A stretch of 57,767 nucleotides of DNA from an uncultured Cetobacterium sp. (GTDB lineage: Bacteria > Fusobacteriota > Fusobacteriia > Fusobacteriales > Fusobacteriaceae). Of this stretch, positions 50,439 through 57,767 are shown one piece after another. The first letter of the stretch is position 1. Each line of letters begins with the position of its first letter. The notes under the pieces were generated by a model. It searched no databases and was not told the DNA's origin. It worked only from the letters and a program-made list of their open reading frames with translations. Made by a program: the position numbers and the translations under genes. The stretch covers positions 1 to 57,767 of the forward strand of contig NZ_CAMQYW010000001.1 of assembly GCF_947039425.1 (NCBI RefSeq). Reading direction: 5' to 3'.

Positions 50439-51147
50439 AATAGAAAATTTAAATAAATCTTTTGATGAAAATAGAGTTTTAAATAGTTTGAATTTAAATA
50501 TGAAAGATATTCACTGTTTAGGAATAATTGGTCCATCAGGAGGGGGGAAAACAACTCTTCTTAGAATATTATCTGGACTTGAAAATGCATATTCAGGAGA
50601 TATACATATAAATGGAAAAAAAGTTCCAAAAGATAATATAGAATTATCAGATTATAGAAAAAGTATAGGAGTAGTATTTCAAGGATTTAATCTTTTTCCA
50701 CATTTAAATGCAGCTGAAAATGTAATGTTACCTTTAAGAGTTGTCCATAAATTTTCATTAGAAAAAAGTAGTAAAATTAGTAATGAAATGTTAGAAAAAT
50801 TTTCTTTAAATGATCATAAATTTAAAAAACCACATGAATTATCAGGTGGTCAACAGCAAAGAGTTGCTATAGCCAGAGCAATGGGAATAAAACCAAATTT
50901 TTTTATTTTTGATGAACCAACATCAGCACTTGATCCAAATTTAACAAAAGAAGTTCAGGAATCAATAGAAACGTTAAAAAAAGAGAAGAAAGATATGATT
51001 TTAGTAACTCATGATTTAGACTTTGTTAAAGAGGTTGCTGATTATGTAATATATTTATATGATGGTCAAGTAGCAGAAGAAGGAAGGGTTTATGAGTTTT
51101 TTACAAATCCTAAAACAGAGGAATTAAAGAATTTTTTAAAAAAATAA
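50428..51147 (+). CDS. Amino-acid ABC ATPase
   Basis: [26 protein letters not shown]; start ATG 50428. Confidence 0.94.
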   Translation: MEIKIENLNKSFDENRVLNSLNLNMKDIHCLGIIGPSGGGKTTLLRILSGLENAYSGDIHINGKKVPKDNIELSDYRKSIGVVFQGFNLFPHLNAAENVMLPLRVVHKFSLEKSSKISNEMLEKFSLNDHKFKKPHELSGGQQQRVAIARAMGIKPNFFIFDEPTSALDPNLTKEVQESIETLKKEKKDMILVTHDLDFVKEVADYVIYLYDGQVAEEGRVYEFFTNPKTEELKNFLKK

Positions 51148-51159
51148 AAATAAAAGCAC

Positions 51160-51188
51160 TTGAAAAATAAATAAAAGGGGTCTATACT
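51160..51188 (+). promoter_or_regulatory. sigma70 promoter
   Basis: TTGAAA-17-TATACT. Confidence 0.65.
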
Positions 51189-51280
51189 GAGGACATATAA
51201 ATATAGTGAAAAAAAAGACGAGCTCACTATACATATTATTTCTTTTACAACTATAAGATATTTTCAAGGAGATGTGTCAA

Positions 51281-52003
51281 ATGAAAAAATATGAATTAAC
51301 AAATGAAACTATTAACCACGGAGGACAAACACTTTACAGAATAAAATCATTGAGAAATTTTAGTGATGTAAAGGATGGGCAACTTGGAGGATATGTACAA
51401 AGAGAGGAAAATTTATCTCAAAGTGGAAATTCATGGATTTACAATGAAGCAATGGTATATGAAAAAGCGAGAGTAGAAGAAGATGCAAAAGTATGTGACT
51501 GTGCAATAGTATATGGAGAGGCAACAATATCTAAAGAAGCTGTTGTTAGAAGAAATGCAAAAGTATATGAATCAGCATTAGTTACAGATTATTCAAAAAT
51601 ATGTGAAAGAGCAAAAGTATTTGGAAGTACAAGATTAACAGGAGATACTGTAGTAACTGATGATGCTCAAGTATTAGGTTTATCAAAACTTGTAAACGTA
51701 ATAGTTAAGGATAATTCAGTTATTAATATTAATGGTGAGGTTTTAAATGAAGTTCAAGGTACTTTTACAGGATATGCTCAAATAGAAAGTGTAAATGATT
51801 TTATTGTAATTTATATGAATTTAAATGGAGTATCTAAATATACTTTCTTTAGAAGTAAAGATGGTGAAGTATATGTTCATACTTTAGGAGAACATGCACA
51901 TAAATTAGAAAAATTAGTTAAAGGTCTTGAAGCTGAACATGGTAAACTTCCTACTGAAATGGCTAATTTAGTAAATTTAATTAATAAATATTTTGAAAAA
52001 TAA
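51281..52003 (+). CDS. Phage-type hexapeptide-repeat (left-handed beta-helix) protein
   Basis: MKKYELT...LYRIK..R.F.DVK.G.LGG....E.NLSQ.GN.W N-terminus; about 13 A-x-V-x-x-x hexapeptides; ATG 51281 fits AAGGAG. Confidence 0.8.
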   Translation: MKKYELTNETINHGGQTLYRIKSLRNFSDVKDGQLGGYVQREENLSQSGNSWIYNEAMVYEKARVEEDAKVCDCAIVYGEATISKEAVVRRNAKVYESALVTDYSKICERAKVFGSTRLTGDTVVTDDAQVLGLSKLVNVIVKDNSVININGEVLNEVQGTFTGYAQIESVNDFIVIYMNLNGVSKYTFFRSKDGEVYVHTLGEHAHKLEKLVKGLEAEHGKLPTEMANLVNLINKYFEK

Positions 52004-52004
52004 A

Positions 52005-52042
52005 AAAAATCCTCATCTATAATTTTATGGATGAGGATTTTT
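52005..52042. terminator. Bidirectional terminator
   Basis: AAAAATCCTCATCTATAA-TT-TTATGGATGAGGATTTTT. Confidence 0.8.
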
Positions 52043-52045
52043 ATA

Positions 52046-53314
52046 TTATCTTAAAGAATTAATAAAGTCATTAATATTTATAACTTTCCCTTCAATTCTT
52101 GACTTTTCAGCAGCGAAAGCCATAATATGACTTTCAAGAGAGGTTCTAGGACTTGTTTTAGAATCATTTTTCTTTCCTAAGCAAAGGTCAATAAAATCAT
52201 TCATAAGTCCAGTATCTCCACCTCCATGTCCTCCAATTAATACTTCAGGTGTAATTGTGGTAATAGCTCCATTATCAAAACGTCCTTGTCCTTTTCCAAA
52301 TTCATAAACTTCGATATTATTTTTTAAGTCATTACCTCTAATTTCTCCCTTAGTTCCCATAATTTTAATAGTTCTACAAACTTCATCAGTAAAGGCACAT
52401 AAATTAAAAGTAACATTAACTCCATTTTCAAATTCAATAATAGAGACCATATTATCTACAACGTTATTATCGCAATGATAAACACATCTACCATATTGAT
52501 TATGTTCTAGAGAGTTAGTTAGGGCTTCTTTTGTTTGAATTTCTGTAGCTATAAGAGTGGGCCAAGATCCAATATTATTATAGTATATTTTTTTAGGAGA
52601 ATAGATACATGAATCTATTAAACTACATTGTAAACAACGAGTAGAAGAACCTTCTGGTGCATTTTCCTTTTTAAAATGCTTTAAACTTCCAAAAGAAGCT
52701 ATTTGTTTACAAGGAGACCCATTAAGCAACCAAGAAAGAATATCTAAATCATGACAGCTCTTTTGAAGAATAAGTGGACTAGATTCATTTGAATTTCTCC
52801 AATTTCCTCTAACAAAACTATGGGCAAAATGGAAGTTTCCAATATTTTCATTGTGTTGAATATCAATAATATCTCCAATAATATCACTATCAATTAGTTC
52901 TTTTAATTTGCTAAAAAATGGAGTGTATCTAAGCACATGGCAAACCATAACTTTAACTCCATAAAATTCAGCCATATCAGCTATTTTAACACACTCTTCA
53001 GCCTTATTGGACATTGGTTTTTCAAGAAGGATATCATATCCTTTTTCCATTGCAATTGTAATAGGTTCAAAATGAAGATCATCACCAGTAGCTAAAAAAA
53101 TAGCATCACAAAATTTATCTTTTTTCAAAAAATCTTCCCATGTTGAAAAAGAAAATTCTGGCTTAATGTTATGGGCAGAAATAACTTGTTCTCTCTTTAT
53201 TTTATTAGGCTCAGCAACAGCAATTATTTGAGCTTCATCTGTAGAATTTAAAATAAAATTAGCATAAATATCCTTACCTCTATTACCAGCACCAATAAGA
53301 CCAATTTTTAACAT
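52046..53314 (-). CDS. Gfo/Idh/MocA-family NAD(P)-dependent oxidoreductase
   Basis: IGAGNRG, LLEKP, HVLRY, KSCHDLD, GHGGGD. Confidence 0.92.
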   Translation of the reverse strand: MLKIGLIGAGNRGKDIYANFILNSTDEAQIIAVAEPNKIKREQVISAHNIKPEFSFSTWEDFLKKDKFCDAIFLATGDDLHFEPITIAMEKGYDILLEKPMSNKAEECVKIADMAEFYGVKVMVCHVLRYTPFFSKLKELIDSDIIGDIIDIQHNENIGNFHFAHSFVRGNWRNSNESSPLILQKSCHDLDILSWLLNGSPCKQIASFGSLKHFKKENAPEGSSTRCLQCSLIDSCIYSPKKIYYNNIGSWPTLIATEIQTKEALTNSLEHNQYGRCVYHCDNNVVDNMVSIIEFENGVNVTFNLCAFTDEVCRTIKIMGTKGEIRGNDLKNNIEVYEFGKGQGRFDNGAITTITPEVLIGGHGGGDTGLMNDFIDLCLGKKNDSKTSPRTSLESHIMAFAAEKSRIEGKVININDFINSLR

Positions 53315-53331
53315 AAAATCCCCCTTTGTTT

Positions 53332-53345
53332 TGTATACGTATTCA
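53332..53345. promoter_or_regulatory. LacI-type operator 1
   Basis: Near-palindrome TGTATACGTATTCA with central CG. Confidence 0.65.
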
Positions 53346-53438
53346 TTTTTAAAAGTATATTCTATTTAAATTAAATTGTCAATAATTGATTTTTATTTTT
53401 TAAAAGTGTATTATGTAACAAATATAGGAGGATAACTT

Positions 53439-54410
53439 ATGAAAAAAAATAAAATAACTATGTCAGAGATTGGAAGAATGGCAGGGGTATCTCAAGCAAC
53501 TGTTTCAAGAGCAATAAATCAACCTCATATGGTAAAAGAGGAACTTCGTGAAAAAATACAGTATTTTATAGATAAATATAAATTTGTACCTGATGAAAGT
53601 GCAAAAACAATGAGAGGAGTAGGTAGCAAAATTTTAGGTTTAATTGTTTTTAGTTTTTCAAATTATTATTATTTAGAAATGGCAAAATATGCAGAGAAAA
53701 TAGCCAGAGAAAAAGGGTATAGTTTATTAATAATGAATTCTGAAAAAAATTCAAATTTAGAAAAAGAACATATAAAAATGATGCTTGCTAGAAAAGTAGA
53801 AGGAATTTTAATAGCACCAGTAGATGAAAAAAATCTAGATTTTTTAAACTCTTTAGATATCGCATTTGTAGCTATAAACAATGACTATCCTAGATTTAAT
53901 AGTGTTTATACATCTCTTTTTAAAGGTGGAGAATTGGTTGGAGAATATTTATTGGAATTAGGGCATAAAAAAATAGGATATATAGGAGATAATAGAACTA
54001 GATATAATGCAAAATTTGAAGGGCTAAAAAATATATTGAAAAAAGCTAATATTAATTTCAAAAAAGAATGGTTTTATAATATTGATTCAGAAAAAATATC
54101 CATTGATAATTTAAATTTATTTTCAATTAATCAAAAAATAGAGTGTACTGCTTTTATGTGTTCAAATGATGAAGTTGCATATTTAGCTATAAAAAAATTA
54201 GAGTTATTAGGCTATAAAATACCTAATGATATTAGTATTGTAGGATTTGATAATACAATAGTTGCTAATTTATTAAATATAACTAGTATATCTCAGCCAA
54301 CAGAGTTAATGATAGAAAATGCAATAGATATATTATTAGAAAAAGATGAAAAAATAAAAAATATCTTTTTAATACCCAAAATAGTAAAAAGAAAATCAAC
54401 AATAAAATAG
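53439..54410 (+). CDS. LacI-family transcriptional regulator
   Basis: TMSEIGRMAGVSQATVSRAIN, LGHKKIG, IP.DISIVGFDN. Confidence 0.95.
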   Translation: MKKNKITMSEIGRMAGVSQATVSRAINQPHMVKEELREKIQYFIDKYKFVPDESAKTMRGVGSKILGLIVFSFSNYYYLEMAKYAEKIAREKGYSLLIMNSEKNSNLEKEHIKMMLARKVEGILIAPVDEKNLDFLNSLDIAFVAINNDYPRFNSVYTSLFKGGELVGEYLLELGHKKIGYIGDNRTRYNAKFEGLKNILKKANINFKKEWFYNIDSEKISIDNLNLFSINQKIECTAFMCSNDEVAYLAIKKLELLGYKIPNDISIVGFDNTIVANLLNITSISQPTELMIENAIDILLEKDEKIKNIFLIPKIVKRKSTIK

Positions 54411-54413
54411 ACA

Positions 54414-54464
54414 TTGACATTAAGCCTTCTTTGAAGTATATTTGTAAAAATACATACGTATTCA
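54414..54464 (+). promoter_or_regulatory. Promoter and LacI-type operator 2 of the sugar ABC operon
   Basis: TTGACA-17-TATATT followed by TACATACGTATTCA (54451-54464). Confidence 0.7.
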
Positions 54465-54487
54465 AAAAATATTTTAGGAGGTTTAAA

Positions 54488-55741
54488 TTGAAGAGATTAA
54501 TAGTTTTATTATTAGGAATAGGAGTGTTAATTGGAATTACAGGTTGTGGAAATGAAGATAAAAAAGAAATAAAAAAGAAAATTTTAAAAGTTGCATTATG
54601 GGATGCTAATCAAAAACCAATAGTTGAAAATATAATAGAAGATTTTGAAAAGAGAAATCCAAATATTAATGTAATTGTAGAAATAACTCCATTTTCACAA
54701 TACTGGACAAAATTAGAAACTTCTGCAACTGGAGGACAACTTCAAGATATATTTTGGATAAATGCTCCTAATTTTAAAAAATATGCAAGTGCTAATATGA
54801 TTTTACCAATTCAAAATTTAGTTGATAATAAAAGTATTAATATAGAGGAATTACCAAAAGGTATGATAAAAATGTATAGTTATAATGGAGAACTTTTAGC
54901 ATCTCCAAAAGATATAGATACAACAGCTCTTTGGTATAACAAAGAGATATTTAAAAAATATAATATATCTGAACCAAATGATAACTGGACATGGGAGGAT
55001 ATGATAAATACTTCTAAAGAGATTAAAGCAAAAAGTGGAATGTATGGATTAGCATTAAGTTATGAAGGGCAAGAAGATTATTATGAGATAATTTCTCAAT
55101 TTGGAGGAGAAGTAATTTCCACAGATAAAAAAACAAGTGGATTTAATAATCCAAATACAATAGATGCGATAAAAGAAATTAAAAATTTAATATCCGAAGG
55201 AGTAATACCAGGATTAGGTGAAGTTTCTGATACAAGAGCCTCTGATTTATTTCAATCTCAAAAAGTAGCAATGACATATTCAGGGTCATGGATGATAAAA
55301 CCTTATATGAACAATGAATTAATTAAAGATAAAATAAATCTAGTAAAACTTCCACTAAAAAATAAAGATGCAGCAATAATTCATGGACTTGGTTATGCTA
55401 TTTATTCTAAAACAAAATATCCAGAAGAAGCTAAAAAATTAATAGTACATTTATCATCAAAAGAAGCACATGATATTCAGGCAGAAAGTGGAGTAGTTAT
55501 ACCAGCAAATATTAAATCACAAAAGATATGGTTAAAATCATATGAAAATTTAAATTTAAAAGGATATGGAGATATGAATCCTAAAGGAATAGAATATCCG
55601 GCATCATTAATGACAGCGAAATGGGAAGATATTCAAAAAGAGTATTTAAATAAAGTTTGGATAGGGGAAATGTCACCAGAAGAAGCTTGTTCTATCATAA
55701 ATGAAAAAATGAATAAAATTCTTTTAGAGGAGAAAAATTAA
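54488..55741 (+). CDS. Sugar ABC substrate-binding lipoprotein (family 1)
   Basis: TTG 54488 behind AGGAGGT; lipobox ITGC; LWYNKEIF, WTWEDM. Confidence 0.9.
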   Translation: MKRLIVLLLGIGVLIGITGCGNEDKKEIKKKILKVALWDANQKPIVENIIEDFEKRNPNINVIVEITPFSQYWTKLETSATGGQLQDIFWINAPNFKKYASANMILPIQNLVDNKSINIEELPKGMIKMYSYNGELLASPKDIDTTALWYNKEIFKKYNISEPNDNWTWEDMINTSKEIKAKSGMYGLALSYEGQEDYYEIISQFGGEVISTDKKTSGFNNPNTIDAIKEIKNLISEGVIPGLGEVSDTRASDLFQSQKVAMTYSGSWMIKPYMNNELIKDKINLVKLPLKNKDAAIIHGLGYAIYSKTKYPEEAKKLIVHLSSKEAHDIQAESGVVIPANIKSQKIWLKSYENLNLKGYGDMNPKGIEYPASLMTAKWEDIQKEYLNKVWIGEMSPEEACSIINEKMNKILLEEKN

Positions 55742-55751
55742 AGGAGGAATA

Positions 55752-56633
55752 ATGAGAAAAGATAAATTAGAAAATTATATCTGGGCTTACATTATGATTT
55801 TACCTCTAGTTATTGGAATTACAATATTTTATATTCTTCCATTTTTTCAAAACTTATATTTTAGTTTTACAAATTTAGGAGCTTTTGGAAAATTTGAATT
55901 TATAGGCTTACAAAATTATAAAGAAATAGTAAAAGATCCTAAAATGTATAAAGCATTAAAAAATACATTTATATATGTATTTTTTTCAGTGCCCATTGGA
56001 ATTATGTGTTCAACAATTATAGCAACAATACTTAATAGTAAGATAAAAGGATTGACAATATATAGAGTGCTTTATTTTTTACCTGCAGTAACAATGCCAA
56101 CAGCAATAGCTATGGTTTGGAAATGGATGTACAATAAAGATTTTGGAATATTAAATCAGATTTTAGATAAATTTAATATAGAAGGAAGAGCATGGTTGTC
56201 AGATCCTGAGACAGCTTTATATGCAGTGATAATAGTTGCTATATGGTCAAGTATTGGTTATAACATGGTTATTTTACTCGCAGGGTTACAAGGAATACCT
56301 AAGATGTATTATGAAGCAGCTAAAATAGATGGAGCTAGTTCTATAATTTGCTTTTTTAAAATTACTTTACCTCTTTTAAGTCCCACATTATTTTTTGTGA
56401 CAGTAATGTCTTTTATAAGTTCTTTTCAAATTTTTGATTTGATTTTTATGATGGTAAGTAGAAGTAATCCAGCTTTTGAAAGCAGTATGACAATAGTTTA
56501 TTTTTTCTATACCAATGCTTTTCAAATGTCAGAAAAAGGTTATGCAGCAGCAATAGCAGTAATACTTTTTATAATTATATTAATTTTTACTGTTGTTCAA
56601 ATGAAACTTCAAAAAAAATTAATAAATTATTAA
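55752..56633 (+). CDS. Sugar ABC permease (MalF/UgpA type)
   Basis: FIGLQNY, LAGLQGIP..YYEAAKIDGA, ITLPLL.P. Confidence 0.95.
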   Translation: MRKDKLENYIWAYIMILPLVIGITIFYILPFFQNLYFSFTNLGAFGKFEFIGLQNYKEIVKDPKMYKALKNTFIYVFFSVPIGIMCSTIIATILNSKIKGLTIYRVLYFLPAVTMPTAIAMVWKWMYNKDFGILNQILDKFNIEGRAWLSDPETALYAVIIVAIWSSIGYNMVILLAGLQGIPKMYYEAAKIDGASSIICFFKITLPLLSPTLFFVTVMSFISSFQIFDLIFMMVSRSNPAFESSMTIVYFFYTNAFQMSEKGYAAAIAVILFIIILIFTVVQMKLQKKLINY

Positions 56634-56642
56634 GGAGGAGCT

Positions 56643-57461
56643 ATGAATAATAAAAAAGAACAATTATTTTTGCATGTAATATTAATATTAGGTGTAATAT
56701 TTACATTAATTCCATTTATATGGATGTTTTTAACATCAGTTAAAAGTTTGGGAGAAAGCATACAAATTCCACCAATTATTTTTCCGAAAGAGTATAAATG
56801 GGAAAATTATAGGAAAATTATAGAAACTATGCCATTTATGCAATTTTATTATAATACAATTATATATACTGTTGTAAGAACTATTGGTCAGATAATATTT
56901 TGTTCGATGGCAGCATATGCTTTTGCAAGAATAGAGTTTCCTTTTAGAAATTCTATATTTATGATGTTATTAGCTGTTTTAATGGTACCTGGACAAATTT
57001 TTCTTTTGCCTCAATACATAATTATACAAAAATTAGGATTACTAAATACAATTTCAGGACTTGTATTACCAGGGCTCTTTAGTTCATTTGGAACATTTTT
57101 AATGAGACAATTTTTTATGACACTTCCTAAAGAGTTAGAAGAGGCAGCTGTTATTGATGGATGTAATCATTTTCAAATTTTTTATAAAGTAATGCTTCCA
57201 CTTGTAAAGCCGGGATTAGTAGCCTTAGTAATAATAACATCATTAGCAAGTTGGAATCAATTGATGTGGCCTCTTATAGTTAATACATCAACAGATAAAA
57301 TGACTTTATCAGCAGGATTAGCATCTTTAGCAGGGCAACATGGAACAGATTATCCTCTAGCTATGGCAGGAGCAATTTTAGGGGTTTTGCCAATGTTAAT
57401 TATGTTTATAATATTTCAGAGAAAATTTATAGAGGGAATGGCATCGAGTGGAATAAAATAA
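56643..57461 (+). CDS. Sugar ABC permease (MalG/UgpE type)
   Basis: AAYAFAR, LP.ELEEAAVIDG, WNQLMWPL, FQRKFIEG. Confidence 0.95.
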   Translation: MNNKKEQLFLHVILILGVIFTLIPFIWMFLTSVKSLGESIQIPPIIFPKEYKWENYRKIIETMPFMQFYYNTIIYTVVRTIGQIIFCSMAAYAFARIEFPFRNSIFMMLLAVLMVPGQIFLLPQYIIIQKLGLLNTISGLVLPGLFSSFGTFLMRQFFMTLPKELEEAAVIDGCNHFQIFYKVMLPLVKPGLVALVIITSLASWNQLMWPLIVNTSTDKMTLSAGLASLAGQHGTDYPLAMAGAILGVLPMLIMFIIFQRKFIEGMASSGIK

Positions 57462-57533
57462 AAAAAAATTGAAAAAGATAAAGAAAAGAAGTAGGATATT
57501 AATGATTTAACTTTTATTATTTTGGGGGTAAAG

Positions 57534-57662
57534 ATGAAAGAATGGTTAAGAGAAAGATTGTTTAGTGGTTTAAAGCAAGAAAGAGTTTTTTCTATAAAAG
57601 ATATTATTTATGGAATTTATTTAGTTGTATTTGGAATTTTTTATAAAGAAGAGGAACTCTAA
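57534..57662 (+). CDS. Putative 42-aa single-TM small protein
   Basis: GGGGGT RBS; MKEWLRERLFSGLKQERVFSIKDIIYGIYLVVFGIFYKEEEL*; ends inside a terminator. Confidence 0.5.
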   Translation: MKEWLRERLFSGLKQERVFSIKDIIYGIYLVVFGIFYKEEEL

Positions 57663-57681
57663 AATAGAGTTTCTTTTTTTT
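57646..57681 (+). terminator. Intrinsic terminator
   Basis: GAGGAACTCTA-AAA-TAGAGTTTCTT followed by a U run. Confidence 0.72.
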
Positions 57682-57727
57682 ATAAAAATTATGATATAAT
57701 TTAAATAAAAATAAGGAGATTTATAAT

Positions 57728-57767
57728 ATGATTCGAAAAATAAATAGAGTTATTCAAGATTTTTTAA
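57728..57767 (+). CDS. 5' end of a gene cut by the window edge
   Basis: TGnTATAAT, AAGGAG RBS, ATG MIRKINRVIQDFL... Confidence 0.5.
   Translation, partial: MIRKINRVIQDFL

Noticed and set aside
51281-52003. Prophage
   Set aside because: A single phage-like gene without integrase, structural genes or att repeats

Overview
Very AT-rich bacterial chromosome segment; gene content, codon usage and ADP-heptose/LPS genes suggest Fusobacteriia, possibly Cetobacterium/Fusobacterium-like (inference). I found no rRNA, tRNA, CRISPR array, integrase or transposase. In order: a housekeeping block (gmhB, secA, hldD, uppP, hemZ, hslO, ligA) interleaved with a DUF969-DUF979-pcp operon and an orphan groES; a frameshifted degenerate AAA+/FGE-sulfatase fusion; a sulfur amino-acid/sulfonate lyase cluster (YeiH exporter, PRD regulator, DcyD/CuyA-type PLP lyase, TauE, unknown His/Cys-motif protein); IclR-kdgK-eda; carbonic anhydrase; dps; an amino-acid ABC operon with an unannotated leader peptide and terminator; glgBCDAP plus a GH13 gene; megL-NhaC-YheO-porCDAB; a candidate sRNA next to a kinase-less membrane sensor and a REC-LytTR regulator; a second amino-acid ABC operon; an isolated phage-type beta-helix gene; a LacI/oxidoreductase/sugar ABC cluster; and an unannotated 42-aa membrane-peptide ORF. 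The best candidates for undescribed systems are the sRNA/sensor/LytTR locus (46.3-48.8 kb), the putative desulfonation cluster (17.4-23.3 kb), the leader-peptide attenuator (27.2-27.5 kb) and the AAA-FGE fusion (15.8-17.4 kb). All family assignments come from reading motifs by eye; no searches were run.
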